NCBI GenBank assembly: GCA_021613535.1 | Contig: CP075497.1 | Coordinates: 1,178,001-1,242,000, forward strand | Length of the DNA: 64,000 nt | Direction: 5' to 3' | Origin: Adineta vaga | Lineage: Eukaryota; Animalia; Rotifera | Part shown: one piece after another, positions 50,918 through 64,000 of the stretch | Layout: every line of letters begins with the position of its first letter | Position numbering within the stretch: position 1 is the first letter of the stretch | Made by a program: the position numbers and the translations under genes | Notes under the pieces: generated by a model | Told to the model about the DNA's origin: nothing | Databases searched by the model: none | Seen by the model: only the letters and a program-made list of their open reading frames with translations

Positions 50918-51318
50918 TGACAATCGTATGGCACAATTTTAATTTTATTGAGATGATATGTATTACAATTCGTTTGCTTGTTCGTCCTGTATGTTTATAG
51001 ATTATATTTCGGTATTTGATCAGTAGAAACTTACAGTATTAGAAATCATAATCAGTTGCATGTATATGTTTATGATGCAATGAGTTTTATTTATATACGG
51101 TCGGTATACTTGTGGTAATAAGTAAAGAGCATGTTTGTTGTCCAGTTTTCCACTTCAGAATAGTTTGTATTCGTTTTTTTTGCTGATGAATAGGATATTT
51201 CGTAGGCATTCAGTTTTTATTCATTTCGATTTAATTATTGAAATATTTTATTATTTACTTTTTAATTTGCTCTACCAGTTTTATCTTTTGTTTTAGATAA
51301 ATACTATTTTAGAACAAG

Positions 51319-54300
51319 ATGCATGTCGCTCATGATATGAACGATCATCCACCTGATCCTGATTCTACGGGAAATATGATTTTTCAGTAAGTTCTTTTTT
51401 TCTCATTTGATAGCATATAACTACGTCTACATAATTATGCGCTATTTTGTGCAACATTTGATTTCATCGTATAGATACATGAAGTCTACCAAATTCTAGA
51501 AGGTTTAAAACAATATAAAGGAGATAAAGCGTCATTTTTATTGACGAATATCAGTTCATATACTTTTGAAATTTCTTGTTCTTGTAAACCCTTTTTTTAA
51601 ATAGTTCGAACTAAAGAAAAGTTCCACAATAGATATGTGCATCATTGTACTTTCATGGCTCATTTAGATGATCTGAGGAATAGTATTTACCTTGGTGGCT
51701 GACTGCTGTAATAAATCCTTGGAGGAAGACTTTTCAATGTACACTTTACAACACTAATGAATTTCACAACAGTCATGGGTAGCATCTTATAACTTTTCGT
51801 CACATTCATATTGACCCTTAGAATTAGATAGTTTTCATTGAGATGCTACTTTGTGAACTGGCCATGTTAGGAATTTTCAACTGTGAGCAACGTGTCGACA
51901 TTGTACCAAAGAAGGCTCAACGAGATATAGTTGTCGAGTACTGTCGGTAAAGGACACAAGTTCGATCTCTTCGCTTTTTTGTCCCTCCCAAGAAATTCAC
52001 TTGTTACTATATAAATTACTTAGCTGTTCATCATTTCAAGATCAATCAACAACAAAATTAAATTAAAAAAAAAGATGGAGATACTTTTGAATATGTAAAA
52101 AACATGGTCCTAACTTTCATTGTTTGATAAGTGTTCGATAAGTATATTATTCTTTCAAACGGAATAAAGGATACATAGATGCATAGGGCTATGTTCAAAT
52201 GATAAATTATATCGTTTTCATAGGAAAATACAGCGTATGAAAGGATACTGCGTACCAGCAATTAGTATATGCATCCTCATAGCAGCAGTCGTCGGAATTC
52301 TAGCAGTAGTTGCTCTGGCCTTGATTCCTCTTTATCTACCAACGAAAGAAGTGAATGTTCAAGATGCAGGTATGTTTTTTCTCTGTTCTTCATTTTTATC
52401 GCTCATGTTCTCTTTAGCCGTGAACGATTTCCAGCTTGACTATGCAAGCAGTTTACTAAATAGCGACCTATTGACAATCGATAATACGCATGATCTAGGC
52501 ACTCAGGTACGCTATCCCATTTTTCTTCACTGATTGTGTCACTCTCTTATACTTATATAGCTTTCCAGAGAACTTCATATACCAAGGATTGAAGTCCGCG
52601 TTGCTCAGTTTGTTCCATCATCGGCAATAGTAACTGCAGGCAAAAAGAAAAGAGCCATCAAGTAAGTGTTAAAAATACATGCTTCTTTTTATCACAATAT
52701 GTTCCATTCTAGAATAAGCAATGATCAATGTGACGGAAATTTAGGTGACAAACGTGCCAAATTAGTTATTTTGATCAGAATTAAAAATCCACCGGCATGT
52801 TATTCGGTTATGTGTCGACGAAAATTTAATGCTACTATTCAGACAAATATACAAACTCTTTATAGCAACATAACACTGACAATCAGATTTACCAACGGTC
52901 AAACCATGCGTGTTGAATTGAATCTCTGCTCATTTATAGAAGTTCCTGCAGGTAAAGCATTTCTAAGTCTGAAACAAGCGAAGTAAAGCAGTATATTACA
53001 GTATCGCACTAAATAGTAAAGGCACTAATATTTCGGGTACTCGATAACGATTTTTTTAAATATTTGCTTATTGAATAAAGTTCCACAAGCTTCTTAAGAA
53101 GTATCTTTTTCTTTAAGGATATTTTAGGAGTGCCATAAAAGCATTAGTTTGAATAGTGAAATATGGTTTGAAAAGACATTTGTTTTATGGCCACTTTATT
53201 GAAGACTAGAATTTAATAGGCAGTTTGCATAATCCGTAATCGATCCTCAAACGACCTACTCAATAGAAGTCGTCAGATTCTGTTCAGTTTTAGATATTCT
53301 GTTAGAAGTAAGAGTTTTAAAAATTTTAACTCAAACTGTTCGAAAAAATATTGTATCTTTTTCGAGATATATATAAACTTTCTTGTGGGCACTATCGCCA
53401 AAAAAGCAATCATAATCACCAAGATAGTTTTAGAATTTTTATTTGATTATATTGCAAGATCGTTCTTTGAGTCTATAACGAATATGAACGACAAACAATT
53501 ATCTCTTTGGTCATGTGACACACATGCATATTTTTATCACCCGCATGTCTTAGTAACTCTCGATAGTTTCACAGGTTATGCATATGTTTGACCCACATGT
53601 ATTGCTATACTCCTTAGCGATCACAAAGGGTTGCTTATGATCAAACCTATTCATTAATAGAATGTTAGAAATACACAACAGGATTTCAGTACGGTCCTCT
53701 GAAAATAGACGGCACATGAACAGTAGTTAATTTTATCTATCATTTTTACATATAGTGACACGCAGTGTTAGCTAAAACACACTGTTGTGTTGCCTAGATC
53801 TGACACTTTGAAGATGATTCTAAGTTAAATTCACTGATCAACTTACTACTATGAGAAGACGATACTAATTGATTAGAAGTTATTGAAATCATATTCTTTG
53901 CGTGAGTAGAATTCGATAGGACTGAAATATCATACTACCGAACTCTCATTCATAAAAATTATCACTGTATACTATTGTATGCCGATCGATTTCAAGTTTT
54001 TTGTTTATTAATAACGACACTACTGAAAACCGAATGTCTTTTGTTCTACTAGACGATAATCTTTACCAAGCATTCATATGAGAAGCATGACTATCAGCAC
54101 AGATATCTCTAATATTAATCTTCAGCTATGCATCGTCACGAAATATATGCTGGAAATTCAGCAATGGCTGGGTTTTTAAAGAAGAAGCAGCATTTTATGA
54201 TTTTCAAATCCTACATGGAAATGTTACGCTAATTGAAGTTCTATACGTTCATCTTAGCTTAAATTTAACGACATTTTCATTGAACTTGAAGTAATCTAAA

Positions 54301-57300
54301 TGATTTTTTAAGATTCTGAGAGCTCCTTTATATGAAAAACTAAAAAGAAGAAGAGAAAGACAGACGCGAACCCTATATTCATTAACTTCGTTTAAAACTG
54401 AATGTATTTATCATTTGCAGACTCAACCATTAGCTATCAAACAACAACCATACCATCAACGATTAATTCAACTACAGCTAAACGAATCGCCGATATCGGT
54501 AAGATATATAAAAAACAGATTCTGTTCGAGTATCATACTATAAAACCCTCTCTTCGCGGCCCTTTTTTTAAAAAATTACAAATTAATGTTTAGCAGATTT
54601 GACTATTTATTTTGATAGATTGATCATTTTATAGATAAAATTATCACTACAATCGTATGTGAAAACAGGTCCCTCTACGACGACTAGGGCGCTGCAAGTG
54701 GACCCGGACCCGGACGGATGTGCGCCCGGGTCTCAGTTAAAAAAGATGGACCCGTAACTCCCTAGGGACTTTTTCAAAATTTCGTGAAAGAATTTAATTT
54801 TTCACGTGTCGACTCGATTGATAATGATTATTGATATAATATGAATGAACAGCAAGATGTTTACACAGATCTTCCCCTGTTGGGTCTGAGCCTCACCGAG
54901 TCCGGGTCCAGAAAAATGTGGATCTGCAGCCCCCTAACGACGACAGATCCACCTGCTAGTATAATGAGCTATCAGATCAAAAATATAAATATTACAATGA
55001 GTCGAATGCTAAGAAATGAGACAGTTTTCTCGCGAGGCCCTTATATGATGGATTTGATAGTGTTCTTCCGAGATGTTACATATTTGAGCTAAATAATGTT
55101 TATTCTGACATAGTGTGAGAGTGAGTTTATTTCTTTTCAAGTATCATAACAACAACATCGATAGAGTCAACTCAAATTATTACCCTCTTCTGATATATAG
55201 GAGAAGTGATTTGCAAAGGGAAAAATATTGCGGCATTTGGTTAATCTAAGTTAGTGTCGGCTCTAGACTAGATGACTATTGAGATGTCGATGAAAAGTAA
55301 TTGACAGATAAGTCACACATATGCGTTCCTTACTCTCCTAATCCTTTCAGACGTCAATTCAATTTCACTCTTACTTTTAGCTTTAGAATGTAAGCAAAAG
55401 TTCATCAGATATTTATTCATCAGCAATTATTACTAATACTGTTTACTGTATAAATGACATAGAGAGACATTCCGATATTGTACTTAAAAGATTGCGTGAA
55501 ACAGGTGTAAAGTTTAAAAGAACATCGTCCTTTATCTTTTAATATTTGTATCAAATATAAAATTTATTCGTTAAGTACAGAAGGTAATCTATACGCCACA
55601 GTCTTTACAAAAACAATTGAATAGTTTTACCACAATAGAATAAAATAGGTTGCCTCCATTCAACTTTAATACAAGATATCTGATCATACATAGTTGAGAA
55701 AGATCAGCTTGGATGGGAGTAAGAGGCAGAGAAAATATATCCACCCTAAATCACATACAATGGTGTAAAAAATTGTAGAATCGCTTTGGCCCTTTCACTT
55801 ACATCATTTTGTCTCTTCAGATTCATCATCACAGTAGAGATGCAGATATACTCTTTCGATATTTATTGCAAAAAAGTATCCAAAGAATATATCTGCATCT
55901 TTACTTTGGTGATGAATTGGAAGAGATAAAATAACATTAGTAAAGAAAAAAAATATGATGAAAGTGAGAGCAGCAAATGATTCTATAATTTTTCACGCCA
56001 CTGTATGTCTGCTCACAGTCTAGTTTTCAATCGACTTCAAGACAAATTCCAAACGTTGGTGCTAGCTAGATAGAGCGAAATTGATCGTATTGTTCAGAGT
56101 CAGATATTTTGACAAGTCATTTCATCAAAAAAAGGACAAAATACTTGAAATTTTGCCACTAATTTTGCCTGTTTTCGAGACTCTTACTGCTTTAATTCAC
56201 CGAATCTTTTTCCGAAAATTTTTCGTAGAACATTCATTTATTCGTTATGTTGCATTTCTGTATTGGCACTACCCTACGACAGATGACTAGCTAAACCGTC
56301 TGTACAATCTGACGCGCAACACCTACGGATACCACATATCATCGGAAAATATATGGGGAGACCATCGATAACAACTCTTCTCAGTTTATTCCTAAAAACC
56401 ACTTTCTCATCCGAACAGGAGTTCTTCAAAATGCCGTTTAGTATCCCCGTTATCATGCTCTGAAAAAGCGTTAATGCACCAACTTTCTGGAGACTAAACA
56501 CAATCACAAACTGAATAGCACCTAAATTAAAACCATTCTTTCAAAACTATATCTTCTTCAATCTCCACCTACTTCGAATCTTCCTAAACTATCCCTAAAA
56601 TTCATCCCAAAAACATGCATACTACGTCATTATACTCAAATTTCTATAGTGCAACCACTTGTCGGTGTTGGTCAAGACAACAAGCTCTATACCCGTTCCA
56701 GCTTGTACAGCAGTTGGATAACTGTACCAAACAGCAACCAACCTATTGCAATTACCCAACTACGTGATACAACCTTTCTCGGTATTCAGACGGATAACCT
56801 ACTCTACACACGTGAAACTCTAACGAGCGACTGGGTGATTGTCCCAACTGCCGATCTATTTCTTGCAGTGAAACAGTTAAAAGATGGCACGTATCTTGGT
56901 GTGGGCACCGATAATATGCTGTATACTCGAAACAGTTTGACAGCTAATTGGATCATGGTACCAAACAGCGGTTCCGCCATTACAGTGGCTCAGCTTAGTG
57001 ATAGCAGTTTTCTCGGTATTCAGACGGATAACCTCCTCTACACACGTGCGAATTTAGGCAGCAACTGGGTCATTGTACCACCAACCGATCTGTTCATTGC
57101 AGTGAGACAATTGAAGGATGGTACGTATCTGGGTGTGGGCACCGATAACATGCTGTACACGCGGACTAGTTTGACTGCAAATTGGGTTATGGTACCAAAT
57201 AGCGAGTCTGCCATAACAGTTGCTCAGCTTAGTGATAGCAGTTTTCTCGGTATTCAGACGGATAACCTCCTCTACACACGTGCGAATTTGGCCGCCAACT

Positions 57301-60300
57301 GGACCATTGTGCCTACTGTCGATCTGTTCATTACAGTGAGACAATTGAAGGATGGTACGTATCTTGGTGTGGGCACTGATCATATGCTGTATACTCGAAC
57401 CACTTTGACTGCTAATTGGGTCATGGTACAAAACAGCGGTCCTGTGATTAATGCAATTCAGCTCAATGACAACACGTTTCTCGGTGTTCAGACAGATAAT
57501 CTACTCTACACACGTGCCAGTTTTGCCAGCAACTGGGTCGTTGTACCGAGAACAGATTTCTTTCTTGGAGCCAAACAGTTGACAGATGGTACGTATCTCG
57601 GTGTGGGCACCGATAACATGCTGTACACGCGCACCAGTTTGACTACTAATTGGATTGTGGTACCTAACAGCGGTCCTGCGATTAAAGCAATTCAGCTCAA
57701 TGACAACACGTTTCTCGGTGTTCAGACAGATAATCTACTCTACACACGTGCCAATTTGACTAGTGATTGGGTCCTTCTCTCAATCCCTGATTTATTCATT
57801 GCAATGAGACAATTGAAGGATGGCACTTATCTTGGCGTAGGCACCGATAACATGCTGTACACGCGGACTAGTTTGACAGCTAACTGGGTCATCGTACCAA
57901 ACAGCGGTTCTGCCATTACAGTGGCTCAGCTTAGTGATAGCAGCTTTCTCGGTATCCAGACGGATAACCTCCTCTACACACGTGCGAATTTAGGCAGCAA
58001 CTGGGTCATTGTACCGCCAACCGATCACTTCATTGCAGTGAGACAATTGAAGGATGGTACGTATCTCGGCGTGGGCACCGATAATATGCTGTATACGCGC
58101 ACCGGTTTGACAGCTAACTGGATCATGGTACCAAACAGCGGTTCTGCCATTACAGTGGCTCAGCTTAGTGATAGCAGTTTTCTCGGCATTCAGATGGATA
58201 ACCTCCTCTACACACGTGCGAATTTAGGCAGCAACTGGGTCATTGTACCACCAACCGATCTCTTCACGGCAGTGAGACAATTGAAGGATGGTACGTATCT
58301 GGGTGTGGGCACCGATAACATGCTGTACACGCGGACCAGTTTGACTGCAAATTGGGTTATGGTACCAAACAGTGGTTCTGCCATTACAGTTGCTCAGCTT
58401 AGTGATAGCAGTTTTCTCGGCATTCAGACGGATAACCTCCTCTACACACGTGCGAATTTAGGCAGCAACTGGGTCATTGTACCGCCAACCGATCTGTTCA
58501 TTGCAGTGAGACAATTGAAGGATGGTACGTATCTGGGTGTGGGCACCGATAACATGCTGTACACGCGGACTAGTTTGACTGCAAATTGGGTTATGGTACC
58601 AAACAGTGGTTCTGCCATTACAGTTGCTCAGCTTAGTGATAGCAGTTTTCTCGGTATTCAGACGGATAATCTACTCTACAGACGTGCGAATTTAGGCAGC
58701 AACTGGGTCATTGTACCGCCAACCGATCTGTTCATTACAGTGAGACAATTGACGGATGGTACGTATCTCGGTGTGGGCACCGATAATATGCTTTACACAC
58801 GCGCCAGTTTGACAGTTAATTGGATTCCAGTGGCGAATAGCGGTAGTGTCATATCATTTTCTCAGCTTAGTGATAGCAGCTTTCTCGGTATCCAGACAGA
58901 TAATCTGTTGTACACACGTGCAAACTTAGCCAGTAACTGGATCGTTGTGCCGAGAACCGATCTGTTCTTGGAGGTCAAGCAGTGCAGAGATGGAATGCTC
59001 CTGGGTGTAGGCAAAGATAATGTTCTTTACAGACGTCGTAGCTTAAGTGATAATTGGGTGAGTGCTCCTAATAGTGCGGGGGTGATCAGCGCAGCGATGC
59101 AAATCGATCGCAGCTTCGTCGGTATCCTAAGCGATAACTTTGTCTACGCACGTTCAACTTTCACCGGAAGCTGGTATGGTGCTCCAAGAGCTGACGCCTT
59201 TTTCGCAATATATCAATATCCGGATAACACATTTCTTGGTCTTGGGTATGATAGAAATCTGTACACACGTTCTAGCCTCACTACTAATTGGGTCATCGTA
59301 CCAAACTCAGGCGCTCCTGTAAGCGTTTGCATTCTACAGGATGGTTCTTTGGTGGGTATTGGCACCGATTATGCCACGTTTTACCGACGTCAAAACTTAA
59401 CCAGTAACTGGGTTGCTCTTCCGAGAACGGAACTGTTCTTTGTTGTTAGGGAGTTAAACGATGGTAGTTTTGTAGGTGTTGGCGTGGATAATATGCTATA
59501 TACACGTACCAATTTGACCACCATTTGGAACTTAGTTCCAAATAGTGGCCCCTGGCGATCAATTGCGCAACAAAAGAACGGCTCGTTTATTGGTGTTGGC
59601 ACCGACTTGATGCTTTATACTGGCACGAGTTTGACTGGCAGTTGGACGGTTATACCGAGTAGTGGGAACATCAGTGATGTTATCGAGCTAATTGATGGTA
59701 CTTTTCTTGGTATTGGTACGGATACGGTGTTCCGTACACGGTCTAATCTGACCAGCAACTGGACAATTATACCTAGTGCTAGTGGCGCCTACAGTATTAC
59801 GCAGCTACAGAATGGTAGCTTCATGTGTGTCGGAGGAGATAACCAGTTGTACATTCGAATCAATCTAACAAGCTCGTGGATGGTCATACCAAGCAGTGGT
59901 AGCGTAGTTTCAGCAACTCAGCTGAAAGATGGTAGTATTCTCGGTGTTGGTACGGATAGAACGCTCTACAGACGCGCTAATTTAACCAGCGGCTGGAACG
60001 GTATAGCTAGATTAGATCTATTCAAGATAGTCACCAACTTAAAGATGGAACTTTCCTTGCTGTTGGTACAGATAACAATCTTTACACGAGGGCGGATTTA
60101 ACAAAGAATTGGAACATTGTGCCGAACAGCGGCGGTGTAATAGCTGCTGTTGAGCGAAACAACGGCACGTTTCTTGGTGTTGGCACCGACTACAATCTGT
60201 ACACACGTTCTAATCTGACCAGTAGCTGGGTAATCGTACCGGGCTCAGGCAGCGTACTTACCGTTTGTGTACTAAACAATGGCACGATTTTAGGCATGGG

Positions 60301-63300
60301 TACTGATTATTTTACGTTCTACTCACGTCAAACGTTGACCAGCCCATGGATCGCTGTGCCGAGAACGGACCTATTCATTAGCATTACTCAGTTACAAGAT
60401 GGTAGGCTTTTAGCTGTTGGAAAGGATAACTTTCTGTACATTCGAACAAGTTGGTCCGTAAATTGGTTGATTCTACCGAACCTTGGGGCTACTATTTCAG
60501 TTAATCAATTGAACGATGGTACGTTTCTTGGCGTTGGCACTGATAACAAGCTGTACACATGTGCCAATTTGTCAAGCACTTGGATCCTTGCCAGTAGCAC
60601 AGCCCTTGTTATTGCAGCTGCTCAGCGTAAAGATGGTACATATATGAGTGTCGGGACCGATAATATGCTGTACACATTGGGAACGTTGACCGCCAACGGG
60701 ATCATGGTGCCCAGAACGGATCTGTATATTTCTGTTAAGCAAAGAAATGATAACTCATTTCTGGGTGTGGGAATCGATAATCTGTTTTATACACGTACCA
60801 CTTTGGCGACCAATTGGCTCAGCGTACCAAGAACTGATCTGTTCCTTTCGGCGGTACAGTTAAGAAATGGCTCAATTCTCGGTGTTGGGATCGATTACAG
60901 TCTATACGTACGCGCTAATCTAGCAAGCGATTGGGTCTATTTGCCGAACAGTGGTTCGGTATTAACTGCAATAGAAATGAACGATACCCGCATTTTCGGT
61001 CTTGGCACAAATTACAACTTATTTTATCGTACTACTTTATCGAGTGCCTGGGTTGGTTACCAATACAGTGGCGACATGATAAGTATTACACAGTTGAAAG
61101 ATGGTTCAATACTCGCCATTGGCATTAACAGAGTTTTATACAGACGACCTACTCCGGACAGCGGATGGGTCGACACAGGAGTTTCCGCCAATCTGCTAGC
61201 TATTACGATGCTTCAAGACGGAACCCTTCTCGGTGTTACATCGGACTCCCAGCTCTGCACAGCATCCAATTACACCAGCACTTGGACAACTATTCCAAAC
61301 AGTGGCAATGTTATTTCAGTAGCACAAATGATAGATGGCACTATTCTCGCTGTTGGCAATGACAATCAACTTTATACTCGCAGTACACTTACGAGTAGCT
61401 GGGTCAGTGTCCCCCGCACACCGCTAGCTATTGCTGGTACTCAACTAAACGATAATACATACCTTGCTGTCGGAAAAGATAATCAACTATATACATTAAC
61501 TAGTTTGACGAGCAATTGGCTCGTAGTACCAAACAGTGGCCCAGTGATAGATGTTTCTCAACGAAGCGGCAACACTCTATTAGGTGTACGCACCGATAAC
61601 TTACTATACACTCGTGCTACTGTAACAAGCAACTGGGTCGCGGTCCCAAGATCTGATCTCTTCCTCGGTATCACACAGTTAAACGACGGCACATTTCTTG
61701 CTGCAGGCAAGGATAACACGTTATACACACGCGCCACTTCGACAAATAGGTGGACAGCAGTCCAAAATAGTGGAAACAGTATTGCCGCAATCCAGCTTCC
61801 TGATAGCACATTTGTTGTTGTTGGAACTGATAATACACTATACACACGCACTACATTAACAACCAATGGTGTAGTTGTATCCAACAGTAACCCCGCGATC
61901 GATATTTCCACACAAAGTGATGGAACATTCCTTGGTTTGCGAACTGATAATTTGCTTTACACAATCGCTAGTTTAGGTGCCAGCTGGACCATAGTTCCAA
62001 GAAGTGATCAATTCTTAAGTATCACACAATTAAATGATGGCACGTATCTTGCTGCAGGTAAGGATAATCTGCTATACACACGGGCCACTTCGACAAACAG
62101 ATGGACAGCAGTCCAAAATAGTGGAAACAGTATAGGAGCAATCCAGCTTAATGATGGCACGTTTCTCGGTGTTGGTACGGATAATATGCTGTATACAGCC
62201 GGTACTCCAGCAAGCACGTGGGTCATAGTAGCTAATAGTGGTTCAATCATTGATGTTTCTCAGCGAAGTGATGGCACTATTATAGGTTTGCGTACGAATA
62301 ACGTCATGTACACGCGTAATAGTGTAACCAGTGACTGGGTGATAGCCCCAAGAAGCGATATGTTTCTGAGTGTCTGTCAATTGAACGATGGCACATTTCT
62401 TGCTAGTGGCACCGATCGTATGCTCTATACACGCAATTCATCCACAAACCGATGGACTGCAGTGCCAAACAGCAGCCCGAGTATTGTAGTCACACAGCTC
62501 AATGATGGCACGTTTCTTGGTGTTGGCACAGATAATTTGCTATACACACGTGCCAGTTTGACAAGCCCTTGGGTTATTGTACCGAACAGCAGCCCCACCG
62601 TCGATGTTTCTCAACGAAGTGATGGCACTTTTCTCGGTGTGGGAACAGATAATTTACTCTACATTGGTTCTACTTTAACGGGTGGCTCGATCACAGTTCC
62701 AAGAACTGATCTATTTCTCAGTATTAACCAATTAAAAGATGGCACGTTTCTTGGTGTCGGCATAGATAAAATGCTCTACACGCGCGCCACTTCGACGGAC
62801 AGATGGATAATGGTACCGAACAGCGGCACGAGCATTGTAGTGGCTCAACTGAATGACGGCACGTTTCTAGGTGTTGGTGCTGATAATTTGCTATATACAC
62901 GCGCCAGTTTGACAAGTCCATGGGTCATGGTACCGAACAGCGGCCCGACTATTGATGTTTCTCAACGAAGTGACGGCATTTTGCTCGGCGTGGGTACAGA
63001 TAACTTGCTTTATACACGTACTACTCCAACGAGCAACTGGGTGATAGTGTCGAGAACCGATGTCTTTATCAGCATTAACCAATTAAAAGATGGCACGTTT
63101 CTTGGTGTCGGCAGGGATAGAATGCTCTACACCCGCACCAATTCGACCGACAGATGGATAATGGTACCGAACAGCGGCACGAGCATTGTAGTGGCTCAAC
63201 TGAATGACGACACGTTTCTAGGTGTTGGTGCTGATAATTTGCTATATACACGCGCCAGTTTGACAAGTCCATGGGTCATGGTACCGAACAGCGGCCCGAC

Positions 63301-64000
63301 TATTGATGTTTCTCAACGAAGTGACGGCATTTTGCTCGGCGTGGGTACAGATAACTTGCTTTATACACGTACTACTCCAACGAGCAACTGGGTGATAGTG
63401 TCGAGAACCGATGTCTTTATCAGCATTAACCAATTAAAAGATGGCACGTTTCTTGGTGTCGGCAGGGATAGAATGCTCTACACCCGCACCACTCCGACCG
63501 ACAGATGGATAATGGTACCGAACAGCGGCACGAGCATTGTAGTGGCTCAACTGAATGACGGCACGTTTCTAGGTGTTGGTGCTGATAATTTGCTATATAC
63601 ACGCGCCAGTTTGACAAGTCCATGGGTCATGGTACCGAACAGCGGCCCGACTATTGATGTTTCTCAACGAAGTGACGGCATTTTGCTCGGCGTGGGTACA
63701 GATAACTTGCTTTATACACGTACTACTCCAACGAGCAACTGGGTGATAGTGTCGAGAACCGATGTCTTTATCAGCATTAACCAATTAAAAGATGGCACGT
63801 TTCTTGGTCTCGGCATAGATAAAATGCTCTACATGCGCGCCACTTCGACCGACAGATGGATAATGGTACCGAACAGTGGCACAAGTATTGCAGTGACCCA
63901 GCTTAATAACGGCACGTTTCTTGGTGTTGGCACGGATAATATGATGTACACACGTACCACTTTGGGAAGTCCATGGATTATGGTACCCGATAGCGGTCCT
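51319..64000 (+). CDS. Giant type II membrane protein with ~39-aa beta-propeller (tectonin/tachylectin-like) repeats; six small exons plus a >7.3-kb exon from 56650; 1-nt frameshift at ~60034; runs off the window
   Basis: Exons at 51319, 52224, 52418, 52561, ~52713, 54421 and 56650 splice in frame and give a TM (ICILIAAVVGILAVVALALIPLYL) and a KKKR site. The repeat W..VPNSG....QL.DGTFLGVGTDN.LYTR..LT continues past ORF 56649-60101 in another frame to the window end. Confidence 0.8.
54685..54936. mobile_element. hAT-type MITE in an intron
   Basis: TIR taggg(c/g)gctgca, 8-bp TSD acgacgac (54677-54684, 54937-54944), and GGACCC subterminal repeats. Confidence 0.88.
55758..56003. mobile_element. 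Tc1/mariner-type palindromic MITE in an intron
   Basis: TA|caatggtgtaaaaaattgtagaatc ... gattctataatttttcacgccactg|TA. Almost the whole element folds back on itself. Confidence 0.8.
62700..63860 (+). repeat. Near-identical 351-bp (117-aa) coding tandem repeats, ~3 copies
   Basis: Antisense ORFs recur at 62724/63075/63426 and 62891/63242/63593, a period of exactly 351 nt (three propeller blades). Confidence 0.9.

Noticed and set aside
724-63784. Numerous 60-140 aa ORFs overlapping larger genes in other frames or strands
   Set aside because: Shadow ORFs of real CDSs or repeats with no independent evidence.

Overview
AT-rich eukaryotic DNA with ~50-nt GT-AG introns. The gene families and the TGTGGG/TGAGGG motifs point to a bdelloid rotifer (inference). 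The window holds a series of unrelated accessory genes: a pseudogenised and an intact LDLa/EGF-7TM receptor, a small class A GPCR, a membrane-anchored pentapeptide-repeat protein, a long-chain acyl-CoA synthetase, a BAHD acyltransferase, an FG-GAP repeat protein and a giant beta-propeller-repeat protein. A TE cluster at 29.5-46 kb contains a Mutator/Foldback-like element with satellite-bearing TIRs, an intact Gypsy/Mag LTR element and a 69-bp tandem array; several MITEs are scattered across the window. The main unexplained signal is a family of ~55-75 bp imperfect palindromes. Each is built from telomere-like repeats in head-to-head orientation (G-rich arm, variable loop, C-rich arm), often with a polar CTCAAGATT end. 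At least one copy, or a degenerate or half copy, lies between every pair of neighbouring host genes, twice within 20 nt of a stop codon. The region therefore reads like an array of single-gene cassettes. No recombinase is visible in the window.
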